The notes beneath the pieces are model-generated. The model was given only the letters and a program-made list of their open reading frames with translations. It did no database searches and was not told the origin of the DNA. This document shows, piece by piece, positions 41,089 to 51,659 of a DNA stretch of 64,000 bases (the stretch's first letter is position 1; each line of letters starts with the position of its first letter). The stretch lies in contig CAWGED010000012.1 of the NCBI GenBank assembly GCA_963821525.1, positions 96,001-160,000 of the forward strand, read 5' to 3'. This DNA is from an uncultured Gemmatimonadales bacterium. GTDB taxonomy: Bacteria; Gemmatimonadota; Gemmatimonadetes; Gemmatimonadales; GWC2-71-9. Made by a program: the position numbers and the translations under genes.

Positions 41089-44000
41089 TCACCGGTTCAG
41101 GGTTAGTGAGAAGACCCACGACCTGGTCTGCGGGTTGTTGAAGTAATCAACCCCTCGCAGCGCCGAGGCCGAGCCAAGCACGGAGGTCTCGGGATCGATG
41201 CCGCTGTAGCCGGTCCAGGTATGCAGGTTCCGTCCCGCGACGCGGACCTCCATCGAGTTGAATCCGAGGCCGCCCAGCACCCACGCGTCGTCGAACAGAT
41301 ATCCGATGGAGATTTCCCGCAGCTTGGCATAGGACGCATCTTCCAGGAACTGGGAAGTTGCGCCGTTGAAAATGCCGCCCGCTCCGGTGAACCACCCCTC
41401 ATTGAGCGGTACCGCCAAGCCGGCGCCCGGACCGGCGACGTGCTCCTTCTTGAAGTAGTCGCTGCCGAAGGTGTAGGTGCCGCCGTCGCGCAGGACTTGT
41501 GTTTCCTTCGACGTTCCGAAGTGATTGAGCGCGCCGCGCGTCCCGTTATGGGCCTGGCCGCCGTACCGCACGTCCAGCAGCCCGGTCACCGAGACCTTCT
41601 TCCAGCGGAAGCCCATCCGGAACGATCCGGTCCAGTCGGGATTGGGATCACCGATGATGTAGTTCTTCGACTGGTCGAGGAGTGGATACCCCTGTGAGTC
41701 GATGTACAACGAATGGTCCGCGGCGCCCAGACAGTGCCCGGCGGTGTGGTCGATATCGACCCCATTGACCGTGAGTCCGCGACCGCAGCGAACGAAGTCC
41801 GAGCCCAAAAAGACCCCAAGCCGCTGGTTCACCGCGGCAACCGACTGGACGCTCAGGCCGTTGGTTCCGCCGCTGAAGGGCAATGGGGCGAACTGAACTC
41901 CAGCCAGATCGGTCACCAGGCTCTTGTTCGTGGCCCACTGCAGGCCGAAATCGAATCCCCACTCCCGTTTGTTCACCGGACGCGCGTTCAGCGCGATTTC
42001 CCAGCCGAAGTTGCGAAGCTCGGCCGCGTTCGCCGGCTTCTCGGTATACCCGCTGCTCCCCGCGACCGGCACGTTGAGAATCACGTCGGTCGAGAAGCTG
42101 CGGTAATAGGTCAAGCTCAGATCCGCTGCGTCCCGAAGAAGACCGACGTCGAAACCGGTCTCGAACTCCTTGACCCGTTCCGGACCGAGCTCCTGGGTGG
42201 GAAGGTTGTAGTTGGTGACCAGCCCTCCCGCGCCACCCTGACTGCTGCCTATGGACGGTCCCCAGCCTCCGTCGGCCGCCGCCCAGGTCACGAGCGTGCT
42301 CGCGAGCAAGTAGGGCGCGGGTTGGGTACCGCTCTGCCCGTAGGCCGCGCGGAGCTTCCCGTAGGTGAGGAACTTGTTCTCTCCTACTTCACCGCGGTGG
42401 AAGGTCCAGGCGGCGCTCGCCTTGGGATACCAGTTGCGCCGGTTCTCCGCTCCGAAGGTGCTCGCACCGTCATTGCGCAACGCGGCGGTAAGGAACAGCT
42501 GATCCCACAGGTCGGCGCTTAGCTGCGCAAAGTAGGACTCGAGCCGCACCGTTGACTCGAAGTCGTACGGAGGACGCTGCGCCGCGGTGTTACCCAGATT
42601 GAACGGCTTCGGCGTGATCAGCGTCGTACCCACGACCTGGCGGGTGCGATAGGTCTGCGAGTTGAGGTTCTGGCCGATCATGACCGTACCGGCCCACTTC
42701 GGCGATATGCTGTACTTGGCCGTCGCCGTGAAGGTCTGGTCGACTTGAGAATTCCTGATGTACCCGGCGTTGAGTCCGCCAACGCCGTTCACTCCTGCCA
42801 CCGTGGTATTCGAATTGGACCAGGGATAGCCCTGCAGCCGTTCGTCGTTGGCGTAGTCGTAGCCCAGGTTCTCGCTGAAGGTCAACCACCCGTTTGCATT
42901 CCAGTCGGCGCTGACACCGCCGTAGACCCGGCTCACATCCGTGGTGGACTCGGCCTCGTTGGCCACGAAGAATGGATTGTCGTAGCTCCGGGAGAGCTGC
43001 TCGGAGCCCGGACCTGGATTGGGGAACCGGAACGAACGGTGGAGCCCGGACACCGGATCGAGATACGGCTTGTTGTTGAAGTCGGGCGGTGTGCGCCAGG
43101 CGCCCAGCAGCAGGCCGTCGGTACTGTTGCGGCTTACCACGGCGCCGCCTTGGGCATCCACGTAGGAGATGTTGGCGCCGACCTTCAGGTTCTCGAAAAC
43201 CCGGTGGGCACCGTTGAACCGGAGGGCGATGCGCCGGTAGCTGTTGTTGTCGCCAACGACGATGCCGCGGTTGTTGTTGTACTCGCCCGAGAGATAGAAC
43301 GTGGTGCGTTCGCCACCGCCGGACACGGTCAAGGCATTGTCCGTCTGGTAGCCGTCCTGGAACATCTCGGCGGAGTGATCGAAGGTCGGGGTTCCCGCAG
43401 CCAGCAACGGCCCCCAGCTCCCCGCTTCGCCGAATCCGACCCGGCAATTGGTCGCGCCTCCCGCGACGCAGGCCGGCGGTGCGCCCCCAGTCCCCAGCCC
43501 GTACTTGTTCTGGAAATCCGGGAGATTGGCGTGCTGATCGACCGAGAGGGACGTGCGGAGGGAGTAGCGGGTCGGGCCGGGACGGCCCTTCTTCGTCGTA
43601 ATCAGGATCACGCCCGAGCCGGCACGCGAGCCGTACACCGCGCTCGAGGCCGGGCCCTTCAGCACTTCCACGTTCTCGATGTCGTTGGGATTGATATCGA
43701 TGGCCCGGTTCGCCGGCGCCGAGCTGCTGTTGAGCGCGCCGGATATCGGGTTGTTGTAGCTGATGGAATTGTCGACCGGTACGCCGTCCACCACGATGAG
43801 CGGCTGGCCATCCTGAGCGCTGATGGTTGTCAGGCCGCGGACCTGGATGAACGACGATGCGCCTGGCTCTCCCGACGTCGAAGTCACGGTGACGTTGGGA
43901 GCCTTGGCGGCAAGACTGTTGATCAGGTTCTGCTCGCCGCTCCGGATGATCTGCGCCGAGTCGATCGAGCTTCGCACCGTGCCAAGCTTCTCCACTTCGG

Positions 44001-44376
44001 AGACCCCGCCCAGGCCGGTGACGACGATCTCACCGAGCTGGAGCGGATTGGCTTCGAGGGAGAAATCGAGGGTCTGTTCGACCCCGGCCAGCACGACGCG
44101 AGTGGTGCGGGGTTTGTATCCGATGAGCCGCGCGGTCACGCTCACCGTGTCGCCGGTGAGTCGCGCCGTCGGCAGCGCGATGGTGTACCTGCCGTCCGCC
44201 CTGGTGGTGGCGCCGAGACCCCAGCGCTCGATCACCACGGTGGCTTGTCCCAGCGGGTCGCCGTCGGCCGAGCTGACTCGACCAATCAACGATGCGCCTT
44301 GTTGCTGAGCTAGAACCGATTCGCTAAGACCTCCGAGGGACAAGAACAGGACAACCGAACGAAGCCATCCTTTCAT
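41089..44376 (-). CDS. SusC/RagA family TonB-dependent transporter
   Basis: PLIVVDGVP, DINPNDIENVEVLKGPASSAVYGSRAGSGVILITTKKG, EDASYAKLREISIGY. Confidence 0.94.
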   Translation of the reverse strand: MKGWLRSVVLFLSLGGLSESVLAQQQGASLIGRVSSADGDPLGQATVVIERWGLGATTRADGRYTIALPTARLTGDTVSVTARLIGYKPRTTRVVLAGVEQTLDFSLEANPLQLGEIVVTGLGGVSEVEKLGTVRSSIDSAQIIRSGEQNLINSLAAKAPNVTVTSTSGEPGASSFIQVRGLTTISAQDGQPLIVVDGVPVDNSISYNNPISGALNSSSAPANRAIDINPNDIENVEVLKGPASSAVYGSRAGSGVILITTKKGRPGPTRYSLRTSLSVDQHANLPDFQNKYGLGTGGAPPACVAGGATNCRVGFGEAGSWGPLLAAGTPTFDHSAEMFQDGYQTDNALTVSGGGERTTFYLSGEYNNNRGIVVGDNNSYRRIALRFNGAHRVFENLKVGANISYVDAQGGAVVSRNSTDGLLLGAWRTPPDFNNKPYLDPVSGLHRSFRFPNPGPGSEQLSRSYDNPFFVANEAESTTDVSRVYGGVSADWNANGWLTFSENLGYDYANDERLQGYPWSNSNTTVAGVNGVGGLNAGYIRNSQVDQTFTATAKYSISPKWAGTVMIGQNLNSQTYRTRQVVGTTLITPKPFNLGNTAAQRPPYDFESTVRLESYFAQLSADLWDQLFLTAALRNDGASTFGAENRRNWYPKASAAWTFHRGEVGENKFLTYGKLRAAYGQSGTQPAPYLLASTLVTWAAADGGWGPSIGSSQGGAGGLVTNYNLPTQELGPERVKEFETGFDVGLLRDAADLSLTYYRSFSTDVILNVPVAGSSGYTEKPANAAELRNFGWEIALNARPVNKREWGFDFGLQWATNKSLVTDLAGVQFAPLPFSGGTNGLSVQSVAAVNQRLGVFLGSDFVRCGRGLTVNGVDIDHTAGHCLGAADHSLYIDSQGYPLLDQSKNYIIGDPNPDWTGSFRMGFRWKKVSVTGLLDVRYGGQAHNGTRGALNHFGTSKETQVLRDGGTYTFGSDYFKKEHVAGPGAGLAVPLNEGWFTGAGGIFNGATSQFLEDASYAKLREISIGYLFDDAWVLGGLGFNSMEVRVAGRNLHTWTGYSGIDPETSVLGSASALRGVDYFNNPQTRSWVFSLTLNR

Positions 44377-44413
44377 ACAACCTCCGGGGTTCGGTGGTGG
44401 GCCAGCCCCGGCC

Positions 44414-44863
44414 TTATTGCTGAAACCGGTAGCCGAGATTGAGGGCGGTGAGGATGTGACGGGGCTGCGCCGGTTCCGCCTCGAGCTTCCGGCGCAGTCG
44501 GGCGATGTGGGTGTCGATAACCCGGGGACCGATCGCCGCGTCCGGCCCCCAGACTTCCTCCATCAGTTCGGGCCGCGTGACGACACGGCCCTCGCGCCGC
44601 ATGAGCGCGTAGAGCAGTCGGAGTTCCTTGGGTGTGACGGGGATGTAGCGGCCGGCCCGGACGATGCGCTGGGTCGCGTATTCCACGACGACCTCACCAA
44701 ACCGCGCCATGCCGCCCCACAGTGAGTCCGCCCCGCGGTTTCCATCGAGCCGACGTCTCAGTTGATCGAGCAGCGCTTCCGCTTCGGGTCCATCAGCGAC
44801 AGCCGCTCCCGCCGATGGAGTCAGCGCTCCCGCGGCGTCGTCCTCGATGATCAGGATTCGCAC
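44414..44863 (-). CDS. OmpR-type winged-helix regulator with vestigial receiver domain
   Basis: MRILIIEDD followed by only about 30 aa before VTPKELRLL...EVWG...IDTHIARLRRKLE...GYRF. Confidence 0.85.
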   Translation of the reverse strand: MRILIIEDDAAGALTPSAGAAVADGPEAEALLDQLRRRLDGNRGADSLWGGMARFGEVVVEYATQRIVRAGRYIPVTPKELRLLYALMRREGRVVTRPELMEEVWGPDAAIGPRVIDTHIARLRRKLEAEPAQPRHILTALNLGYRFQQ

Positions 44864-44905
44864 GAATCTCCCTCCCGAGAGCTTTGGCCCAACCTAGGAG
44901 TGGCA

Positions 44906-45042
44906 GGGATGAGCCGGAACGATTTCGGGACGGGTGGAGGAGCGAGTGGGACGAACTGCACCGTACGAGGGATGAATTGCGTGCTATGTGATCGTCCCCA
45001 CAACCTGACGACTCATCCCCGCACCAAAGCGATTCATCCCCG
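44906..45042. promoter_or_regulatory. 21-bp-phased direct repeat array in a divergent promoter (putative LytTR sites)
   Basis: GGGAYGR at 44906, 44927, 44948, 44969; inverted TCRTCCCC copies near 44988, 45009, 45030. Confidence 0.75.
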
Positions 45043-45127
45043 GTTCGTTGGCAGGCAGGTGCAGACACGCCATCGTGATCGCGCCGGACGTACTCCGTCA
45101 GTTCCGGCTCATCATGTGGAGGTGCAT

Positions 45128-46165
45128 ATGTCCTATCGTCCCCTGACCCGGGCCGCGCTGGTCGCCTTTCTGGCCGGCTCGGCGGCATGCGCCCGCATGT
45201 CGCGCATGGAATCGCCTTACCTCTCTCAGGTAACGACGGCCGACCCGGCCGCGGGGCAGGTAGACCAAGCCATGAAGTCCTTCGCCGCCCAGGGATTCAG
45301 CGGAACCGTGCTGATTGCTGAGGGATCTCGCGTGATCATCTATAAGGGGTATGGGCAGGCCAATCGCGCCCGCGAGCTCCCCAACACCGCGGAAAGCCGC
45401 TATCCCCTCGGCGCGGTCGAGAACGTCTTCACGGCGGCCGCGATGCTTCGCCTGGAGGAGGAGGGAAAGATCTCGACTCAGGATCTCGTGAGCCGCTTCG
45501 TGCCGGCGCCCACGGATCTCCGCATCGATGATCTCCTTAGTCGCAATCGGGAAGTGACCGCGGTGGCATATGCAGGCGGGATGGCGAGCATTAACGGACC
45601 GGCTGATCCGTTGGCCGAGCGCTTTGCGGAGACGGGGGCCAGCTATGTCACGCTGCGAAAGGTGATCGAGCAGGTGACCGGCGAATCATATGAGAACTAC
45701 ATCAGCAACCATCTGCTGATTCCCAATGGTCTCACCCGGACCTTCTGGGACAACGGAGCGGTGGGTGATTCCCTGGTTGCGCGGGGTTATCGGGAGCCAC
45801 TGGGAGAGACGGTGATCGCCAAGGGGATGGTGGCTCCCCTGGCGGACCTCTACCAGTTCCGTCTCGCCCTGCGCGACAACAAGGTGGTCTCTCCGGACTC
45901 CAAGCGCCGGATGTTCGCCCCGGCCCCGAACGGCTATGGCTACGGGTGGGTAGTCAGCACCACGCCGGGAGGGGTCCGGGTCACCGAACACGCTGGAGAT
46001 CAGGTGGGATTCCAGACCTGGATCGCGTACTACCCGGACAAGGACGTGCTGATCCTGCTCGGCGTGAACAATGATGGTGGATGGCGTCGGCCGATCTCCG
46101 AGCGGCTGACCCAGATCATGGTTGATAGTGCGTCGGCGAAGGGGGCTGTCGTCTCCTCCCAGTAG
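45128..46165 (+). CDS. beta-lactamase-family (serine hydrolase fold) lipoprotein lacking SxxK and YxN
   Basis: FSGTVLIA, GYGQAN, LGAVENVFTAAAML, IEQVTGESY, YGYGW, HAG. Confidence 0.82.
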   Translation: MSYRPLTRAALVAFLAGSAACARMSRMESPYLSQVTTADPAAGQVDQAMKSFAAQGFSGTVLIAEGSRVIIYKGYGQANRARELPNTAESRYPLGAVENVFTAAAMLRLEEEGKISTQDLVSRFVPAPTDLRIDDLLSRNREVTAVAYAGGMASINGPADPLAERFAETGASYVTLRKVIEQVTGESYENYISNHLLIPNGLTRTFWDNGAVGDSLVARGYREPLGETVIAKGMVAPLADLYQFRLALRDNKVVSPDSKRRMFAPAPNGYGYGWVVSTTPGGVRVTEHAGDQVGFQTWIAYYPDKDVLILLGVNNDGGWRRPISERLTQIMVDSASAKGAVVSSQ

Positions 46166-46299
46166 AGCCGACCCACAAGAGAGTGTCGCCCTTGCGTGGC
46201 GGCAGGCGCAATTCGCCCGCCGCCATCCGGCGTTGGTGCTCGTTTCACCGAGCGAAACGCTGAAACACTTGAGGAGCCGCGTCCGTCGCGGAGCATGGA

Positions 46300-47463
46300 A
46301 TGCCCGAACACTCCGTGGTCCTCAACCGGGACGCCGTCCTGCGGCGGAAGAGCTTCCGCCTGCAGGCGGCGTTGGTCTTTGGCGGCTGGACGCTGTTCGG
46401 CCTCTTCTCCTATTCCCAGACCGTGCTTTACTACTCGCTCCCCGCGCGCGACCCGATTCCCTGGGGGCCGCTGTTCGCGATATCGCTGGGAAGCGCCTGG
46501 ATCTGGGCGGCACTGACCCCGGCGGCCCTCTGGGTAGCGAACCGCCTGCGGTTCGAGCCAAACCAGCGGATGCGAAGCCTGATACTCCATGGAATCGCAG
46601 GGCTCACTTTCGTGCTGGTTTCGACCGTGCTGGAGCGGGCCATCGTTGCCTCCATCAGCGATTCACCGCTCAAGCCCTTCGTGCAGGGTCTGCTCTACCG
46701 GTTCGACAGCCGTCTCCTGGCCTACCTCTGCATCGTCACCGTCGCCTCCGCGGCGCGATATGCCCTGCTTTACCGGGAGCGCGAGGTGCAGGCCGCCGAG
46801 CTCGAAGCCCAGCTGGCCCGCGCCGAGCTGCAGGTGCTCAAGATGCAGCTGCAGCCTCATTTCCTGTTCAATGCTCTTAACACCATCGCCGAGCTGGCGC
46901 ACGATGACCCCAACAACGCCGACCGCCTGATCGCGCGGCTGGGACATCTGCTGCGACTCTCGCTGGAGCAGGCGGGCCACCAGGTCGTCCCGTTCCGCCA
47001 GGAGCTGCAGTTCCTCACCGCCTACCTGGAGATCGAGCAGACCAGGTTCCAGGACCGCCTCGCCGTCGACACCGACGTCTCGCTCGACGCGCTCGAGGCC
47101 GGAGTGCCGGCGCTGTTGCTGCAACCCATCGTCGAGAACGCGATCCAGCACGGAACCTCTCCTCGGACCGGCGCAGGAGTGATTTCCATTCGGGCCCGGC
47201 GCCAGGGAGCCATGCTCACGGTGGAGATTCGCGACAATGGCCCTGGTTTTCCCAACGGATCAACGGCGTTAAAGGAGGGTGTCGGTCTGAGCAACACCCG
47301 AGAGCGGCTCCGGCAGCTCTATGGTGACCGGCACGCCTTCGCTTTGGCCAACAGCCCCGAGGGCGGAGCGCTGGTGACCATCGCGATGCCCTACATCGAA
47401 TGCCACGAAGCCCACACTCCGCTGCACCTCCAGGTGGTGCGGATGGCTGGAGCATCGGCATGA
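46300..47463 (+). CDS. LytS-type membrane sensor kinase
   Basis: TM helices; LKMQLQPHFLFNALNTI; LQPIVENAIQHG; GVGLSNTRERL. Confidence 0.93.
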   Translation: MPEHSVVLNRDAVLRRKSFRLQAALVFGGWTLFGLFSYSQTVLYYSLPARDPIPWGPLFAISLGSAWIWAALTPAALWVANRLRFEPNQRMRSLILHGIAGLTFVLVSTVLERAIVASISDSPLKPFVQGLLYRFDSRLLAYLCIVTVASAARYALLYREREVQAAELEAQLARAELQVLKMQLQPHFLFNALNTIAELAHDDPNNADRLIARLGHLLRLSLEQAGHQVVPFRQELQFLTAYLEIEQTRFQDRLAVDTDVSLDALEAGVPALLLQPIVENAIQHGTSPRTGAGVISIRARRQGAMLTVEIRDNGPGFPNGSTALKEGVGLSNTRERLRQLYGDRHAFALANSPEGGALVTIAMPYIECHEAHTPLHLQVVRMAGASA

Positions 47464-48227
47464 CGGTTCGAGTCGTGGTAGCGGATGACGAGCCTCTGGC
47501 TCGCCGGCGATTGGTCCGCCTCCTCGAAGGCGAGCCGGACGCGGAGCTGGTCTCCGCTTGCGCCAACGGCGCCGAGGCGGTGGAAGCCATCCGTGCCCAG
47601 TCTCCCGACCTGCTCTTCCTTGATGTGCAGATGCCCGCGCTCGACGGCTTCGGCGTGCTCGAGGCGTTGCGGGACACCCAGCTGCCGGCCGTGGTCTTCG
47701 TAACCGCTCACGACAGCTACGCCTTGCAGGCCTTCGAGGCGAACGCGCTAGATTACCTGCTGAAGCCGTTCGACGCGGACCGCTTCCACCGGGCGTATCT
47801 CCGGGCCAAGGAACGGCTGCGTGCCACCACGCCGGATTCCGACGCCGGAAAGCTCGCCGAGCTGCTCGCGTCGCTGAACAAGCCGCGGGCCGGGCAGGAC
47901 CGGATCGCCATCCGGAGCGACGGCAAGGTGTACTTCGTGCGCGCCGCCGACGTGGATTACATCGAAGCCGCGAGTAACTACGTACGACTGCACACCGGGA
48001 AGACGGAGCACCTGCTCCGGGAGTCGCTGACCAACATCGAGAGCCGGCTGGACCCGGCCCACTTTCTCCGCATTCACCGCACGACCATCGTCAACGTCGA
48101 GCGCATTCGCGAGCTGCAACCGTGGTTCTCGGGAGAATTCATCGCCATCCTGACGGACGGCACCCGGCTCAAGGTGAGCCGGGGGTACCGGGATCGCGTC
48201 TCGCGCTGGTTGGGCCAGTCGCTCTGA
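47460..48227 (+). CDS. LytTR family response regulator
   Basis: ADDEPLAR, FLDVQMP, DYLLKPF, FLRIHRTTIVN, KVSRGY; ATGA overlap. Confidence 0.94.
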   Translation: MTVRVVVADDEPLARRRLVRLLEGEPDAELVSACANGAEAVEAIRAQSPDLLFLDVQMPALDGFGVLEALRDTQLPAVVFVTAHDSYALQAFEANALDYLLKPFDADRFHRAYLRAKERLRATTPDSDAGKLAELLASLNKPRAGQDRIAIRSDGKVYFVRAADVDYIEAASNYVRLHTGKTEHLLRESLTNIESRLDPAHFLRIHRTTIVNVERIRELQPWFSGEFIAILTDGTRLKVSRGYRDRVSRWLGQSL

Positions 48228-49976
48228 GCGCTGGCGCGGAGCTGAATCCCGCGCTTCTGCAGGCGACGATCATCCTCGCCCTCGTTGGGCTCTGCGTCTT
48301 CCTCTACCGCCGCTATCGCAAACGCTACCTGTTATGGTGGGCCGTGGCGTGGAGCCTCTACCTGCTCCGACTCGCCGCGATCATCACCTTCGTCGGTACC
48401 CACCACCAGATTTGGCTCTTTGCCCACCAGGTGCTGACCGGCTGGACGGCGCTGGCCCTGCTCTGGAGCGCGCTGGTGTTTTCTCGCGATCCCCCGCTGC
48501 GGCCGGTGTACCTGGTCCTGGTGCTGGTGCCATTGGCCTGGTCGCTGGTTGCAGTGCGAAACCCTGGGCAGCTCACGGCTCTTCTATGTCGCCGCGGTTC
48601 CGGCCGTGGTCTTCCTTTCCGCCGCGACTCTTTGGACCTCCCGGGTTTTTCTCCGGTTCCGTCGCCAGACCGGTTCTCGCGCCGCGATGCTGCTCGGCGG
48701 CGCCTTCCTTCTCTGGGGCCTGCACCATCTCGACTACCCGCTTCTGCGGGCTCGCGGCGCCTGGAATCCCTGGGGCTATTACCTCGACATCCTCTTCGCG
48801 CTGGCGGTCGGGTTCGGCATGGTCCTCCTGGTCCTCGAGGATACCGACCGGGGACTCGGCGCCCTCGCGGCACTCTCGGGCGATCTCCAGCGCACCGATG
48901 GCGGTGCCGATGTGCTGAGCGGACTCCTCGCTCGCCCGCTGGGATTGGCCGGCGTCCGCGGTAGCGTGATGTATCTGAGGGAGTCTGGACGCTACGTCCG
49001 GGGAGCGGGGGTTGCCTCTCAATGGGCTGGGCGGGAGCCCTCTGCCGAAGCGCGTCCCGCGATTCGATCTGCGGTAGAGGGAGGCAAGCCGGTCTCGGTG
49101 TCCGGATGGCGGGAGGGCGTGTCGGCTGAGGGAGCCTTTGCGTTCGCGGCGGTGCTGCCGGTATTCCGTCGGCGTGAGGTTACCGGCGCCATGATCATCG
49201 TGGGAGACGCTCGGGATCCGTTCACCGCGCTCGATCAATCGTTCCTGCTGGCGCTGGGACAGCAAGTAGGCGCGGCATTGGAGAATGCCGAGCTGTACCG
49301 GAGCCTGCGTGCACGGAGCGAAGATCTGGAACGACTGTCTGCGCGGATGATCCACCAGCAAGAGGAAGAACGCCGGAGACTTTCGCTCGAGCTGCACGAC
49401 GAAACTGCCCAGGTGTTTTCGGCGGTGAAGCTGCAACTCGGCATGCTGAAGGAAAAACTCCCGGCGGCACACACTGCGCGGCTGGAGCGGATCATCGCTC
49501 TGGTGGATGCCGGGATGTCCAGCATCCGGAGCGTGACCGAAGCACTGCGCCCGTCGCTCCTCGACGACCTCGGCCTGATCCCTGCCCTGCGGGCTCTGGT
49601 GTCCGACTTCGGTAGCCGCTCCGGTCTGAGTACCCGGTTCACCGCACCGGACGCGCTGCCGGGTCTCGAGAAGGATGCTGAGCTCGCTCTCTTCCGGGCC
49701 GTACAGGAGGGGCTCGCCAATGTGGCGCGGCACGCCAAAGCGAAGAGTGTTGAAGTCACACTGAGAGATGAGGGAGACCGCGTGCTACTGGAGCTGGTCG
49801 ATGATGGACACGGGCCCATCAATCTGGATCCAGCCGGGAACGGTGTTGGACATATGGGTCTCGTGGGAATGCGGGAGCGGTTCGCCTCGCTGGGTGGACA
49901 AGTGGAGTTGGAGGCGGGAAGCGCGGGAGGAGCGCGCCTCATTATTGCTCTTCCGCGGGAGGCACCCTCGCCATGA
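48224..49976 (+). CDS. membrane GAF sensor histidine kinase (HisKA_3); frameshift near 48570; start approximate
   Basis: multi-TM N-terminus; EEERRRLSLELHDE; LRPSLLDDLGL; QEGLANVARHA; GLVGMRER. Confidence 0.88.
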
Positions 49977-50633
49977 CGACGTCTCCTATCCGGGTCATGA
50001 TCGTTGACGACCATCCCCTGGTCCGCGAAGGCATTCGTTCGATCGTGGCGGCCGAGGATGGCTTCGAGATCGTGGCGGAAGCCGGAAGCGGTGAGGAGGC
50101 GGTGGAGACGGCGGGACGGCTCCTTCCTGACGTCGTGATCCTCGACCTTTCGATGCCAGGGGAGGGCGGGCTTCGCGCCGTCGCCCGGCTGCGGGAGGTG
50201 GCGCCCGCTGCCCGGTCGCTGATCCTGAGCGTCCATGATCACCCCGAGTATGTCCTCGAGGCAGTTCGCGCTGGTGCTCAGGGCTATATAAGGAAAGACA
50301 CGTCCCCAACCGAGCTGCGGCAGGCCATCCGAACGGTACATCGGGGAGAGGCGTTCTTCAGCAGCCCGGTCGCACACCAGCTCTCGGCGGCGGTTCGCCA
50401 GGAGACGCTCCGGGGAGGAGCAGGGAGAAAAACTCGAGCGCCTCACCGACCGGGAGCGCCAGGTCCTCGCGGGAATTGCGGCGGGATCAACGAGCAAGAT
50501 CATCGCCCAGCAGCTCGGCCTCAGCCCCAGGACAGTCGAGGCCTATCGGGAAAACCTCATGCGCAAGCTCGCGATTCGAACCGTGGCGGGGCTTACCCGC
50601 TTCGCTGTTGAAAGCGGACTCGTCGCCGAATGA
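49973..50633 (+). CDS. NarL/LuxR response regulator; apparent +1 frameshift near 50415
   Basis: VDDHPLVREG, LDLSMP; LTDRERQVL...LGLSPRTVEAYRENLMRKL in the shifted frame. Confidence 0.9.
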
Positions 50634-50668
50634 ACCTGGTGACACCCACCAGGGATTGGCGGGTATCA

Positions 50669-51517
50669 TCATGTTTCGATGACACCCCGTTTCGTGACCC
50701 ATTCGGTCCACGATCCGTCGTACAGTGTTGCTCCCTCAACCCCCAGGGTATCCAGCGCCAGTAGAAACGCGCACGCGCTCACTCCCGATCCACAACTTCC
50801 AATGATCGGCCGGTCGAGTCGAATGCCGGCGCCCGCTATGCGCTGACGTAGTTCATCCGGCGGGAGTAGCGTCCCGTCGGCTGCTACCAGACTGCCGTAC
50901 GGCAGGTTCAGTGCGCCAGGCATGTGGCCACTCGGCAGACCAGGACGCGGCTCGGAGTCGGATCCTTCGAACCGCCCGCGGCTTCGCATGTCCACGACCT
51001 GCGCCGAGCCAGAGCGCAGCGCGTCGGCGACCTCGTCCATAGTGCGCACAATCCCCGGGCGAAGCTTCGCGGTGAAGACCGCGGGCTCGACGCGCGGGGC
51101 TCCCGTCTCCATCGCCCTTCCCTCCGCCTTCCACTTCTTACTGCCACCATCCAGTACGGCGACCCGATCGTGGCCAAACGCCCGGAACAGCCACCAGGCC
51201 CGGCCGGCGCTCAGGTTGGCGCCCGAGCCGTCGTAAACCACCACGGTGCTGTCGTTCCCCACTCCCAACGCACCCACCTGCTCCGCAAAGCGGATTGCGG
51301 TCGGAAGCATGTGCGGCAACGAAGTCCGGTCGTCGCTCGCCGCGTCCAGATCGAAATACCGGGCGCCAGGAATGTGTCCCGCCACGAACTCGCTTCTACC
51401 GTCCCGTCCCGTCGATGGCAGGTACCACGAGGCGTCCAGCACCCGCACCTCGACCTGGTCGAGCCGTGCGGCGAGCCAGTGGGTGGACACTACTGAAGGA
51501 AGTACAGAATCGTTCAT
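50669..51517 (-). CDS. sseA: 3-mercaptopyruvate sulfurtransferase (rhodanese)
   Basis: LDASWYLP, GHIPGA, LPHMLP, EPRPGLPSGHMPGA, CGSGVSA, LYDGSWTEW. Confidence 0.92.
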   Translation of the reverse strand: MNDSVLPSVVSTHWLAARLDQVEVRVLDASWYLPSTGRDGRSEFVAGHIPGARYFDLDAASDDRTSLPHMLPTAIRFAEQVGALGVGNDSTVVVYDGSGANLSAGRAWWLFRAFGHDRVAVLDGGSKKWKAEGRAMETGAPRVEPAVFTAKLRPGIVRTMDEVADALRSGSAQVVDMRSRGRFEGSDSEPRPGLPSGHMPGALNLPYGSLVAADGTLLPPDELRQRIAGAGIRLDRPIIGSCGSGVSACAFLLALDTLGVEGATLYDGSWTEWVTKRGVIET

Positions 51518-51537
51518 AACCGACAACCGACCAATGA

Positions 51538-51603
51538 ATTGACTCCGCGTATCCAGAGGTTGACCGATGCTTGTGCCGTACACCTTAGCTTGGGTCCCGA
51601 AAA
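51538..51603 (+). promoter_or_regulatory. conserved promoter copy A
   Basis: TTGAC at 51539 and 51560, TAGCTT at 51586; same spacing as copy B. Confidence 0.7.
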
Positions 51604-51659
51604 CATTGTCGAGCGACAATTACCCGCTGCCAGAGGTGGCGGTTACCAGGGAGGGAACC

